Origin: Lama glama
Lineage: Eukaryota
Assembly: GCA_028534125.1 (NCBI GenBank)
Contig: CM052845.1
Location: 24,614,001-24,678,000 of the forward strand
DNA length: 64,000 nt
Direction: 5' to 3'
Shown: one piece after another, positions 1 to 13,400 of the stretch
Position numbering within the stretch: position 1 is the first letter of the stretch
Layout of the letters: every line of letters starts with the position of its first letter
Program-made: the position numbers and the translations under genes
Notes under the pieces: model-generated
The model's input: only the letters and a program-made list of their open reading frames with translations
What the model was told of the DNA's origin: nothing
The model's database searches: none

Positions 1-775
1 TCCCTAGTGCAGTGGGCAACCTGCACTAGGAGAGAACCAACATGCGTGAACGGAATAGAACCAGGAAGAAAAGAAACACACTGTAGATACATTTCTCCTA
101 AATACTTCCTGTTTACCTCATAATTAATCAGAAATGTAGTAACACAGCAGCGGCTAAGCATGGCTGCTGAGCTTTCACCGTGTGAGCAGTGCGCGCAGAC
201 CAACGTTTCAGCCTGACTGTCAGTCTAGGAGGTGGACACTGCTGTGAGTGTTACTAGCCTGGTCGTTACTGTCACCATTATTTCAGGAACTAACATTAAG
301 AAATGCAGCAGGTCTAAACGTTACTATCCAACTGATTAAAAAAGTGGAACAACATATTAATGCACATATAATTAGACTTTGTAATCATCTCCTGAATAAA
401 GCCTTATTTTAAAGTCCGAGATACTGAACGACACCTGTGTGTGCAAATGAAGTAATATACACGCAGCTTTATCCTGTTAGACGGCCAAGCTGTCCACGGC
501 ACTCCATTTCCTGAACACATTCTCTAGCTAGGTATTCAGAATTCAGGATCACAGGCAGTGTTTCACTCCCTTAAAGCAGCATTTAACACAATCCACTTCC
601 AGTACAAGCGAACGAACAGGAGGCTTCCTCAGAGCACCACGTAAGTGGGCGAACCCAGCAGGACGTACCACTTGCGGGCTGCTTTTAACCTGGTAATATG
701 AGGGTCTACAGCTCCTAAACGGCCTGGAGGCACGGGCACCCGCGTCCATGGCCTCCGTGGAGCTGCGATCACGTG

Positions 776-796
776 TTCAGCACCAAGGACAGCGCC
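776..796 (+). promoter_or_regulatory. RE1/NRSE (REST-binding) motif
   Basis: TTCAGCACCAAGGACAGCGCC against the consensus TTCAGCACCnnGGACAGCGCC. Both half-sites are perfect, with the canonical 2-nt spacer. Confidence 0.75.
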
Positions 797-1379
797 TGCT
801 GGGCCTGGCCTCCCCTCCCTACTTCCTTGGTAACGGACTTCCTCACTCCTGACCTGACTCTGCTCCAGACAAGGGCAGAGGGCGATGCCCTAGGTGTGAC
901 GAGTTACCTTCAGGACACACACCTTGCCCACGGCCCCGAGCTCTACCAGGAGGGAGGAGACCAGCCCCGGAGGAAGGACCACTCCCCTGCACCCCGGACC
1001 AGCGTCTGCCTGCCTCACACAGTCCAGAGGCTGCGACCTGCCCGCCGTGTGCCTGACGGCAAGCTTGGTGTTCAGTGGGATACAGAGCCGCGAGAAAGTT
1101 CTAACGCGGAAGTCCACAGACGATCCGTCCCAGCACAGCCCCGGCAAGAGCCTGCGGGCCACCCCTGCACGCGTGTCCGGAACACACGTTCTCCACAGGA
1201 TCTGGCTCCAGCACCACCGTCTCTGCCCTGACAACATTCCCGTGCCGACCACGCGAAGGTGAGGTCAGACCGGGGCACTCGAGGGCTTGTCAACAGTCAC
1301 TTACCTCCTCCTGGCCGCTCTGACACCTGCCCACCATCTCTCAGCTTGAAATGACTTCCTCCAATTCCAACATAAAAAC

Positions 1380-1675
1380 CCAGCTGCACTTCAAAGTCCG
1401 ATCAAAAGCTGCTCCCTCCGAGAAGCGGTCACTGATCCTTCAAACCCAGAGTAAACCAGCTTCACCACCAAGGTCCCCGTGGCACTGTGTCCACGGCTTC
1501 TCGGGAAGCTTTCTCGCTTGCCATGTAGTGACACCATTTATGTCTAGGACCATCTTCCCAGCTGGATCACAACCTCACTCAGCATAGGAATCATACTGTA
1601 ATTGTCTCTGTGTCTCCAGAACCTAGGAGCGTCCCTACCTGCAATACACAGTTAGTAAATGTTCATGAAATAAAC
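1380..1675 (+). mobile_element. LINE2 3' fragment (decayed)
   Basis: Resembles the L2 3' end: tgtgtctccagaacctagg...agttagtaaatgttcatgaaataaa. Confidence 0.5.
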
Positions 1676-1906
1676 GCACAACTGTTTGAGCCTACACCCT
1701 TGTGGGGAACCTACTTATACAGAAAAAGCCACAGATGACAGAGTAAGGCAGCACGCAATGGCCACATGACTGTTTAACAGGCAGTCATAACTGCTGCCAA
1801 CCTGACTTTTAAGTTTTTGAAACATAGTTTCAACAGAATAATCCACAAGAAATGAAAGCATTACCACTTAAAAAGATATATCTATGTATTTATATTGAAA
1901 TAGTAC

Positions 1907-2845
1907 TGAAGAATGAAAAGACAAGCCACAGACTGAGAAAAGGTATTTGTAAGACACCTGCCTGCTAAAAGACGGTACACAAAGAATTCTGAAAACAATA
2001 AGAAATAAACAACTCAATTAAAAACGTGCAAAAGACTTGAACAGACATCTCCCCAAAGAATGTGTACAGACGGCAAGTCGCACATGAAAAGACGCCAACG
2101 CCATACACACAGCCACTTTGGGAGAGAGCCCAGCGAGTCCTGGAAAAGCTGAACAGATGATTACCAGACAATCCAGCTATCACACTCCTTGGTATTTACC
2201 CGAATGAGCGGAAACTTAGGGCCACACAAAAACATGCACTCAAATTTTTAGAGCAGTTCTATTCATAATTTCCAAACCCTGGAAGCAAATAAGATGTCCT
2301 TCAGCAGGTAAATGAATACAACCTTGGCGCATCCAGACAGCAGAATATTATTCGGCTAAAAAGAAATGAGCTACCGGCCATGAAAAGATACGGAAGAACC
2401 TTAGCTGCATATGATTCAGTGAAAGAAGCCCATCTGAGAAGGCTGCTCACTGTGACTCCAACTCTAGGACCTTCTGGAAGAGGCAAACTGCAGAGGCAGT
2501 AACAGATCAGGGGTGCCAGGGGCTGCGGGAAGGGGGTGAACAGAGCACAGAGCGTTTGGGGCAGTGAAGCTAAGTAAGATCCTATCCTGGTGGATACATG
2601 TCCTAATACGTCTGTCCAAACCCACAGAATGTGCGACACCAAGAGTGACCCCACGTCAACCACGGACTTTGATCAATAGTGAAACCCCAACGTGGATTCA
2701 TCAGGCGTAACGGGAGCAGCACCGACGCAAGACGCTAACCCAGAAGGAGCTGCACGTGGGGGGGAGGCCGGTGGGGAGTCTGCCTTGCTGCTCAATCCTT
2801 CCATAAACCTGAAGCTGCTCTTAAAAACAGTCTATTAGCTTTAAA
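1907..2845 (+). mobile_element. Old L1 (L1MC-like), ORF2 end and 3' UTR
   Basis: Characteristic L1M/L1MC segments: aagaatgaaaagacaagccacagactgagaaaaggtatttg; gacttgaacagacatctc; gtggatacatgtc...ccaaacccacagaatgtgcgacaccaagagtga. Confidence 0.8.
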
Positions 2846-3730
2846 AAGGATGGCTCCAGCTGCTGTTCCTGCTTCATTATTAATATCATTCTAGCTGCAC
2901 AGACGTTCTGAACAAGGAGAGAGTCCTCCGGGGTCCAGCAGCAGAGGGAGCTGGGACTTGGTGGTGGGGGGGTGTGTACAGGATTATTCCCATTTCAAAG
3001 TTCAGGGGGGAACCAGCCCAAGGACCCTGCTGGATCCAACCTCACCTGGACTTGACCTTCAAGAGCACAGTCCAGGCCAAGAAACAGCCACAAAGAATGC
3101 CGCCCGAGGACCCCTCTGGGTTCAGGAGTATGTCCGCAGGTTGGGGGCCAGCAAACTGAAGGACAGAGCAGAGACCGTGGACGCCCAGGGCTGCCCCCAA
3201 AAGGAGCTCCCCCCTGTGGAAGGGGGCAGCCAGACAGGCTGATGGCACCGTGGTGACTGAGTGCCACAGCTAGGGGTGGGGACAGCTCCTCTCCCCGGGG
3301 ACAGCTGGGCAACAGAAATATCTTAAAGGTTTCACGAGACCATTTTTAGTAAAATACTCAGATGTGGGGTTCTGGCAGATTTCCCCATAAATGCTGTGTG
3401 GCGACTGTCAGTTCAAAAAATCCTGAGAGTACACCCTGCCCCAAGCCTCGTGAACATGCGGGTCAGCGTGACAGTCATGGTTATTCCACAGAGGAATCGT
3501 GGAGACCTGCGACAGGGACGCACTTACCCAGCACTGTAAACCCAGTCCACAGGGAGCCGAGAACTGAATCTGGGGCCAGCGATCTTGGGCTAAAAGTGCA
3601 GTATCTCAGGGACAGCTAGGATCATGAAGGTGATGCTTACAAGCTGAGGCCCTCACCCCACCCCTACCACCGGCTCCCCAAACCATGGAGGTAACCCCAC
3701 AGCTGCACCCTGAGACCAGTTCCTACCACG

Positions 3731-4085
3731 TGTTACGGGCTGAGCTGTGTCCCCGCCAAGTTCATGTGCTGAGGCCCTGACCCCAGCCCCTCTGATGTGA
3801 CCTTATTTGGAGATAGGCCGTTGCAGGTGTGATCAGTTAAGATGAGGTCACACTCCAGTCAGGTGGGCCCCAAACCCAAGAGGACTGGTGTCTTTATAAA
3901 GGGAGGAAGTCTGGACGCAGACACCATGCAGGAGAGGTGAGGAGGAAGGAAGAGACTGGGGTGGTGCATCTGATCTCCGGGGAAGCCAACGATGCCAGCA
4001 AAGCAGGGAAGTCGGCCTGGAACAGACCCCCCGAGCCTCAGGAGGGCCCCCCAGAGACCCTGACCTTGGACTCCCAGCCTCCGGC
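3731..4085 (+). mobile_element. MLT1 (ERVL-MaLR) solo LTR
   Basis: Starts tgttacgggctgagctgtgtcccc and continues gtgaccttatttggagatagg...agttaagatgaggtca...gactggtgtctttataaa, which is typical of MLT1. Confidence 0.8.
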
Positions 4086-7000
4086 CCCGGCCCTCAGCCT
4101 GGCCACCGGGGTGCAGGCCGTCAGAGGCTGCGGGACTGGGATCCGGCCGCACGGGCCCTGTCTCCACAAACACCAGATCAGACACCCCAGCTCCACCTCT
4201 TTCCTACCAATGGGTCTCGGCCCCTGCCCGGCTCCCTCGTGGTGGGAGGAAAGGCCAGAGCAGGCGCAGGGTGGGCCTTGGATGGATGGCGGGGTTCCCT
4301 GCACCCCTGCACTCACTTCACTCCCACACACACACTGTGGGCAGACTGTGAGCCCAGCGTGGACCAGCTCAGAGCTGAACTGTGCGCCTCTGCAACAGGG
4401 AACCCTGACCACGCATCACGTGTGCTCAGCCTCGCTCCCAAGGGTGAATGGGGAAAAAAGCAGAGATGAACACACTGGGCTCAGCACGGCGTAGCAGAAG
4501 GTAAAAAGTGCAGAAAAGACAGAGTGAAGAGTGCCAGCTCTCAGGATTCCCTGCTTCTGCACCAGAGCCAGGTAGCAGGAGGTGGGTTGGGACCACTCAG
4601 CGACCAGGGTCCCCACGGTCCACACCCCCGAGCTGTCCACGTGGGAGCCCATGTCTTCTGCACACTTCTGTGCCACGGCCTGCCACTTTCTCACCAGAAG
4701 ACAAACAAAAATATCCTTATACGAGTCAGAGAAAGAAGATACTCTATTTCTTTGGGGCCAGCTGTGTCACTTTTAAAAGTTCCGAGCACGTGGGCAGGTG
4801 TCCACTCTTTGCTGAGTTGCACACACCTGTCCGTGGTTTTTTTAACACTGATATGCAAATATTTAAACTTCGAAATTTCTACAGACAAAGGTCTGGTACC
4901 CTCCACGGTCATTAAAGAGAAAGACACGCCAGTGACTTCTTGTTCCAGCTCCATGCCGTCCAATAAAGCTAATTTGGCTATTTTTGCTACATCTTTTATT
5001 TATATATTTTTTGCTCACACTTTTTCAAACTTTAAAAGGAGATGTGAATTGATAGGCTCCAAAGCCAGGAGGGAAGATGATCTCAGATATTTCTGTAGGG
5101 TTTCTATTCAAGAAGCGTTTTGGAAGGTGGAGAGCCGACCTGGAAGCTGGGGGTCGCCTCACTGCACAGCGACGCCCGCCGGCGTCAACTCCTCCTTCAG
5201 GAAGGTGAGCGCCTTTCCTCAAGGATGCTGATGACGGCAGAGCAGAGGACAGCAGGGAATGATGATCAGTGGGGCACCATTAAAAAACATAATGTGCCCC
5301 AAAGGAACTCCGTGGGTGAGTTCATACAGTAACAACACTCTCCCTTGGAAAGTGTCACGGTTTTGTCAGCAGGGAGGACTCCCGAGTCAGCACCTGGCTG
5401 CAGGCACATGGCCAGTGCCGCTGGGACCGTCTCAGCCCACGGGAGGCACGGGACCGTCTTCCACACACTCGCCACGCAGTGTCATCCCAGCAAATGTCTA
5501 TCCCGCCGGGCACCTTAACCTGTGAAGCCAGAGCCCAGAGCTCTCTGTGTGAGGGGAATCTCGTCTTCTCCCCTAAGGGAGCGAGCATGTGGGGGGCGCA
5601 CGGCCGTCAGACCTGCTGTGCTGGTAACGGGGAGCAGAGTGAAGTTCGAGACACACGATCAGCACACACGCTCGCGGCTCTGGGACGGCCCCCAGGGGCT
5701 CGGACGCCAGGGGGTTAAGCAGGTGTCACGTCCCCAAGAACAATACCAGAGAGGACCCCAGTGTCCAAGGCCCCAAGAGCATTGTTCACCTGAGGGCACG
5801 AAGCGCCCACGCGTCAAGGGGCGCTCGCCATGACAGGACCACGAGCTGCAGGGATGGACAGCTAGCGGGCAGGACGGAAACGACGCGACAGTAAGTCAGC
5901 TGTGTTCAATTAAAAACTAGAGAAGTTGTTTTAGAAAGGGTTAACAGGCGGAAACTGTGTTCTTAACAGAACTCAACAACAACCTCCAACGGCCAGGCCG
6001 GAAATGGGAAGAGGCGGGAAGAGAGGAGGCCGCCACCGGGTGTCCCTGCGGCGGCCCTCCCCTCCCTGAGCGGACACTCGCTCGCTGCCCCACCCCATGC
6101 GTTTGGTTTTTTTTTTTTTTTTTTGAAATTTAAAGACAAAAATTTATTGACAATCTGAAAGACAGTTTCTAAAAGACTGACTTTTCCGGCAAACTGCAGC
6201 TACACAATGCGTTGCGTCGATCACGTTAAGACGTGCGTTAGACACAAATGTGGGAAAACAGACACAAGCAGGGAGCTGGTCCATGGGCTTTGAGCAGACG
6301 GGCCTGGAGGCCCCCACCAAGGAGAGGACGCGTCTCCAGGCCTGGTCGGGGCCGCCCTCATGTGCACAAGGTTCTCCTGGCTTCCAGGACCTCATCAGGA
6401 AAGCACACGGCTTTTCTGAAGAATTCCTTCTTTGATTCAGTAAGTGGGTGATTAAAGATATTCATTTCACTGATATACATTTATATACACACACAGAGAT
6501 GAGAAATAAATTAAATAAAATTAAATTCAGGAAACAAATCTACACAAGACACACAGGCACACACACACCTGGAGCTCGTGGGCACTGGCGGCCCGAGGGG
6601 GTTGGGCAACCTTCACAAATGCTTTAAAGAGAGATGAGCCTCAGAACCTGGAGTAAGTGGAAAAAGAGGTGGGGGGGGTGGGGAGACATGGGGGCAGCAC
6701 GGGCTTGGTTCCGTCGGGGCGCAGAGCCCGAGGGACACCTGTCCAGCTGCCACCCCTCAGACATCCAGGAGCAAAGGCTCCGCCGACTCGGGTCCAGGGA
6801 GAGCTCAGCCAGCCGGGGCTCCCGCCAGGCCGCACTTGGGGGGGGTCCCCAGGGACGCTGCCCTGAACCCCTGAAGCCAAGCGCTGTGGGACCAGCAGAG
6901 GGGCCGAGTCGAGCAGGGGGCGTTCCTCTCGCCCACGTGAGAAGGGCATCGGGGGACCCGGATCACAGGCTGGCTCCTCTAGAAGAGGACGCCGTGCAGT

Positions 7001-10000
7001 CACACGAACGCTGGCACCAGGCAGAAGCACCAACGCCACCGCCCAGCTGCCCTGCGGGGGCTGCAGCCCCAGGAAATCGCTGGGCCAACCCAGGAGCCAG
7101 GACTGGCCCGGCCCTGCGCTCAGGAGCGCGGCTGCGCGCATCCCGTGAACCGGCCGCCGACAGTGAGCTCCATCTGCGATACCCTGTCTGCTGAGCGTCT
7201 TTTCTGGTTGTAAGAGGCTTCCGTCAGCACATCAGCGGGACTTGAAAGGGTCCCTGCCGGGCTCTGGTTCCAGCCCCAGGGCAGCTCCTCGGGTGGGCGG
7301 CACCGTCGGAACAGTCACAGCCCGGAATCCCGGCATCCACAGGAAAAGCCCCGCGGGCGCAAATGCACGCGTTCACCCCAAATGCTGGCTGAGGGGAGAG
7401 AACGCTGTCAAGGCTGACCCTCCCATTCTTCCTGTCTGTGACTGGAGGAGAGAATTTAAAAACCACACAAACAAACAGAAAAAACGAAGAAAGCTGCGCT
7501 TTTGAAGCTGGCTTTCTGTTCAGAACAGGAATAAACACTGGACAGATTGCCGCTGAGACGGTTTTCACTGAGCGCCCAGGACACGCGCCTCCCAGGAGGG
7601 CTCTGCGTTGCACGTTGATCGGACGGATGCAGAGGACAGGCCATCCTTGAAGCTGAGTGAGAGCCACAGGCCCCCCACTCGGCACAGAAGGACCGGCCCG
7701 GCCTCGGTTCCCCTCGGCCCGCGGCGCTGCCTGCGGGCCTCAGGTTGAGGGCTGCCTGGGGTGCTGCCCCTCCGCCCAGTGACCCAGCGCCAGCTGGAGG
7801 AGGAAAAGCACAGCCCCTCTCCCCAGCAGCCCTGAAGCCACCTCCTCGAACAAGCTCCCTGCCCCCAGAGCAAGGCAGCAGCAGCCGAGACGAGCCCGGG
7901 GGGAGGGCTTGGCTTATAGCTCAGCTTGGATGCAAGCGGCAGAGAGCAAAGGGCTGAGCAAACGGGCCACGACCTTCTCAGATTTGCCGAAACTGGAAGC
8001 AGCCTCACGGTTTGGGAAGAACGCTGGAACGCGCACCAGGAGGAAAACATGTTCCAAAGCTAAACATGCCTTCGTCACGCTTTGATCTGAAGTCCCTCCC
8101 TCCCCTCCTGCTTCATGACCCTGGGGGAGCATCCAGGCTCCGCCGGCCCTGGGGCGCCGGCACCACCCTGGAACCTGTCTCCCCCAAACCCACGTCATCT
8201 CATTGTGAAAACCAAAGCGACATGCGGGCCACGCCTTTGGCCAGCACCAGGCACACAGGAGCCCCGATGACGGAGTAACTGCTCATCGTTCCCGGATTCT
8301 ATTTACAGAGACGCAGCGGCATGTTAACCACCACGTTCACACATGACAAGTCGATGCACACGCGTGGTCCTGTCTTCACACCAGGGACTGGACGCCCCTG
8401 GTGGGCGAAGGACGGGCACCCAGCATGCTCGCTGCAAACCAGCACCAGCACACGGGTCCAAGTCCACGGCTTTGCCTCCGGTTTCGCATCCTCCCAACTA
8501 TCTGGGTCGGCCTGAAAGGCTTGGGGAGGGGATGGGGGACTCCAGTGTGGACGAGCCCCCCTCCCAGCAGGACCTGCTCTGTACCGCACCCTCTTTCCCG
8601 GGCAGCAGGCTCCTCCACCTCTTCTGGTTCCTGGGCTCTGGGCTTCCAGAAAACCACCTTAGCAAATGCGACTGGAGACCACTCACCTCCTTCTTCCATC
8701 CCTCCCTCCTGAGGACCACTCACCCCTCCTCCTGCATCACCACAGGACAGGAGGGTCCCCACCACCACCTCCATCACCACAGGACTTGAAAGGAAGCACT
8801 GGGAGGGCTGGGTCTGGACTGCAGACAGGGGACAGGTGGCTGGTGACTGGTGGTGCGTGTGATCGCGTGGTCACACACACACCTAGAACTGGGCAGGGAG
8901 AGGCCCAGGTCGGAGGTGCCCACTCTTCCTTAAATGGGCTCTAACAATGAGGAGGGAGACGCGACAGCCCAGCTTAGCCACCAAACCAGAGGAAAGGCCG
9001 GGGCAGGGCTGGGAGCAGGAGGGCCTGGGTGTGACAGAATGGGTGCTGCTCCTCACCTGGAAGCTGGGGGTCCCGAGGAAAGGAAATCCCTGGCCTTGCA
9101 GGTGTTCTGAACGTGGGGTGGGGCAGAGCTCACCTGGGTCCAGTGGGGACCTGGTTGGTGTCGGTCATCTTCCTCCCCACTCAGGAAAGTGCTCTGGACC
9201 AGTCAAGCCCCGCCTTCCCAGCTGTGGGGACCGCAGGTGCCAGGTGCACAGCCTGAGGACAAGGAGGGTGCGGGTGGGGTGGGGCCCTTGTCCTCCGACC
9301 CTGCACGAGTGGTCCCTGCGTGACAGCCGCACTGAGGTCCCAGAGGGGCATCTTGGGAAGGGACTGGGAGGGCGAGTGACCCTGGAGGCAAGTGCCCGCT
9401 GCAGAGCCCAGCAGCCCGGGAAGCTCTCTGGAGTCGTCGATGAACCTCGGGGGCCTTAATCGTTGCGATGCTCTGTCTCTCAACAGCCGCATACTTAGGT
9501 GGCAGAAGCAGAGGCGCAGACCAGAGGCTGTAAGGACCTCAGAAGTGTCGCGAGAGATCACCTGAAGAGAACTCAGCATCTCCCGCCCCCTGGAGCAGAC
9601 GGGGGCCTCCACAGAGCACTCCGCCCTCAGCAGGAAACCCCTGCAAGGTCAGGAGCTCACTTTCCAGCAGTTCCACCCCGACCCACCACACGCAGACCAA
9701 ACACTGTGAAATCACTGAAACGGAGGGTTCCCACCTAAATCCACCACCTTCGGGCCCTGCTGAACACGGCGCCTTTTTAACAAGCACGCGCACACAGGAG
9801 AGCAGTTTCACGGTAACTGTTCTCTGAGTAGAAGTGGGATGACTTTCGCCCGATGTCAGTCAGGGAAGACTGCTCATTTTACTACCGGTCATTCTCCTGA
9901 AACCACCATGAATAAAATGATGAGCCAGTGATCAAATTTCTGGCAACGCTGATTCTCTGGAAAAACTGAGTGAGTCAGAATTTAGCCACACGCCTCGTGA

Positions 10001-10294
10001 ACGTGGGCTCCTGTGCACAGGCGCCTGGAGAGGAACTTCATGCTTAGATGGAGAGAGGGAACCAAGGAAGTCACAATTAGTGTGCGGGGGCGTGTTTACC
10101 AGAAATACCATGCACGTGTTGTGCGCCGGGTTAGAAACACACACTGCACGGGGGCGTCTGGTCCCATTTCAAGACCCACATGCCAAGGAAGCTGCAGGCG
10201 CTCAGCGCCCTGTAAACGCCCTTCCGCACCTCCCACGATGGGGCCCACGCTGCATGCCCTCGGCCTCTGCCATCCTCAGAGGGACCCTCGGAGT

Positions 10295-10432
10295 GGTGGG
10301 GGTGATGGGGCAGATGTGTGTGAGATGGGGCAGGGGTGTGTGAGTGTGATGGGGCAGGTGAGTGTGTGTGATGGGGTGGATATCTGTGTGTGTGTGTGTG
10401 TGTGATGGGGCAGGGGTGTGTGAGTGTGTGTG
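10295..10432. repeat. GT-rich minisatellite (gtgtgtgatggggcaggggtgtgt-like units)
   Basis: Repeated gatggggcag units interspersed with (GT)n. Confidence 0.85.
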
Positions 10433-13400
10433 GCCACTTTCTTCCTGACCAGCCCCAATGCCACTGCAGTGGACTCAAGGAGGAAACACTCTCAAAACGT
10501 CGCACGGAACCAGCAGAGCTCACTGGAATATTTGTATCCGCCCTGCGTGTTGAGAGCCCCCATTCAGCCTGCGCTGACACTGTATTGTTTAGAGCACGTC
10601 AGTCTGGTCTGATTCTGCAAAGACCTGCTCGTTTTAGAGGAAGAAAGGTATCAAATTAGATAGCACGGAAATAAAGGTGATGCTGCCTTAGGAAACGGAA
10701 GCTGCTCTGAAGTTACCGGTGCCGAACGCACCCGGCCCCCGAGGGCATTTCCAGTTTCTGTGGGAGAGCTGGTGCCTGTCATGTTTAGAGAACTGGGGGA
10801 ACCTCTTGCTGTTAGAGTTTTCCAATTTGAGCAGTGTTACTATACATCCTTATTTTCGGGTTATTCATTTTTGTCTGAGCCACAAATAGATTGAAATGAG
10901 TTGGTAAAAAAAAAAAATACGCGACAGTCCTGACATGCCAGTGCTTCTGATTGAATCAGAGCTGCACCTGTGGCTGAGAATTAAACTCAGTCAGATGTCA
11001 CCTGCTTCTCAGGGGGGCATCTGCCCGCACCGTGGCCCCAACCTCCCACACTTGCAGTTGGTCTGAATCAAACTCTGCATTTGCGGCCCGACTCCCACCA
11101 AGACTCCCACCTCCTAGCTGCTCTCTGGGGGCCCTGCCGCTCCGTGCTGGACCGCCATACGGATGAGTGACACCAGTGTAAGGGATCGTGGGCCAACACT
11201 TGTTGCTGGGTGAAAAGTGTGCTTCACCAGTCCAGGCAAGTGGCACTGACTCTTCCCCTTCCTGAACAAACCACAGGCCATGAAATATTCCACTGTGACT
11301 CGGAGCCTCTGCCTGGAAACACACCTGAGCTCTGGGGACAAAATTATGAATGAAACAGTCCATATTCACCTAAATATGGGCAAACCACTAACTGCGTCTC
11401 ATTGGACTTGCTCAGTTCTGTAAGGAGGGTAACTCCACAGAGAAGGCATTTTGGTCATTTGTACCAGGAACTTGTAAGACCAGTTACCAGCATGCCTGAG
11501 TGCATGATAACTCTAACATCAACACCCTCTCATTAGACAGGAGCTGCCCACTGCTGATGAGGGGAGTGCATGGTTTTGCACAAGGAAAAGCAAAAAAAAA
11601 AAAAAAAAAACACGTCAGCGTGGCAGAGCAAGCAGCCCAGGAAGAAACACCCTGAGGAACAGCTCCTCTCCCTGCTCTGTGCACGCCAGGCGCGGCCACC
11701 CTGCCCCTCCCCTTCCACAACCCCCGAGCACGGGCTGAGCTGAGACCCGGGCTCGCAGGGACCCTCGACAAAGCGTGTGGCTCTGAAGCCGGCTTCGCCT
11801 CCAGTCTCAGCAATTCCCTCCGCCCTCCGGCACCGTCACCTCTGACAGCAGAGGACAGCTGCTTGGCGGCACTAAACCCTGAAACCTCCTGCTTCCGAGG
11901 GGCTCTCGGCTTTCACGGCATAAGCCCTCGGCAGGGCTTCCCAGCACCTCCGTAAAGCGTCCTCTCCCTTTTCTGCCCTCCGATCCGATGCAGCTGCGGG
12001 AGGAGTGGGTCTCTGGCTGCACCAGGCACCACAAAGGATGCTCGCCTCACAGGCTTTGCTCTCCACGGCTGGCACGTACGAGCCAGGCTTTAGTAGCTGC
12101 GGGTCCCTGGATTTCCTCATTCCCAGAGGAACGCTGAAGCAGCAGCAGCTGCTGCATCTCTGCTCTAATCAGGGGAGAGCAAGCCAGAAGAGTTCTTGCA
12201 GTGCAAACCGCGCCGGCATTCAGCGAGGCTGGAGCAGGGCTAACTGGGGACTGAACTTGTCTGCTCAGAATTACAGCCGTGCGGCTCTAGCCTGCCGTGC
12301 CGGCTCTCCCCCAGATCCTCACGGCAACTGAGCTGCCGCTACCGTGTCTATGGAGGGATGAGTATTTCACTCGTAAAGGCAGAGCCACCTACGCCGGGAG
12401 GGAGGACGGGGAAACATGGTGCAAAGTGCCGAGGGCAGGCAGCTCCCGGGACCAGCTGGGTGCTAATCGCTCCTGGTCGCCCGCCTGATGCCACCGCACC
12501 AGCAGCCACACAGCCAAGGTGGGAAAAGTCGGAGACAGTCACCCTGGACTTACCGAGGCAAGACTCTGGCTGTGCTGCCTGCAGCGCCCGAATGCAGGAG
12601 GCTTCTCAGCACCCGGGGAGACGCGCGTTCGGAGGGAGGGTCGCAGTCATTGCAAGAGAGAGAGGCCAGACGCCACAGCGTGTGCATCCAGGGACCGGGT
12701 CAGGCGCGGCTTGGACCAGGAGGCCACAGGGCTCGGCCAGACAAGTGCACTGCAGAGGGTGGCAGGCATAGGGTTGCGATGCATGTCCCATATATCCCAG
12801 CGTAACGGAAAACACGGATCTGGAGCTGCCTCTGTGTGGATGTGGGGGCCGCCTGGTGCACAGCAGAAAGGGAGGCTCTCGGCTCCGCTGGTAATGGAAT
12901 TAGCTGTGGAGACGGATGCCTTAATTATCGTGCAGCGTTATCCCCCAGGACATCAATTACAGAAAGCAGGTGCCTCCTTCTCCTGTTTTTTCAGAGAAAC
13001 GTCTATAATCTCATTTCACAAATGATCCCTATTTAGACAGGAGCCACCTATTGCGATGATATCATTTGCTCTAGTGGCCATAAATGGGCAACTTCCTGGG
13101 GATGTCACAGCACTGACGACACGGCCCCTGGAAAGTGAGTGGGCAGGGCACGCGGAGGCCCCGTCCCCAGGGCAGCTCCCGCCCCCACCCCCCACAAGTG
13201 CTCCTGATGCCTGAAAAGTTACAGGCGGAGGAAAGCCCCACCCAAGCGGCTCCAAACAACTCCAGGGGAGGGCACCACCTCCAGACAGGAGCGGGGTCGG
13301 CCGGGAGCAGACACGCCGGCCCCGACACATCGGCCTCCTCGGGCGGCCCTGGGCAGAGGACCGCGGGGCCTTGTGGCTGCTGCTTTTCCAGAGCTGGGCC

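Noticed and set aside
5150-5235. Minus-strand HP*GKALTFLKEELTPAGVAVQ* considered as a coding or selenoprotein exon
   Set aside because: It has an in-frame stop, no SECIS element or homology that I recognise, and is not part of the DLGAP2 protein.
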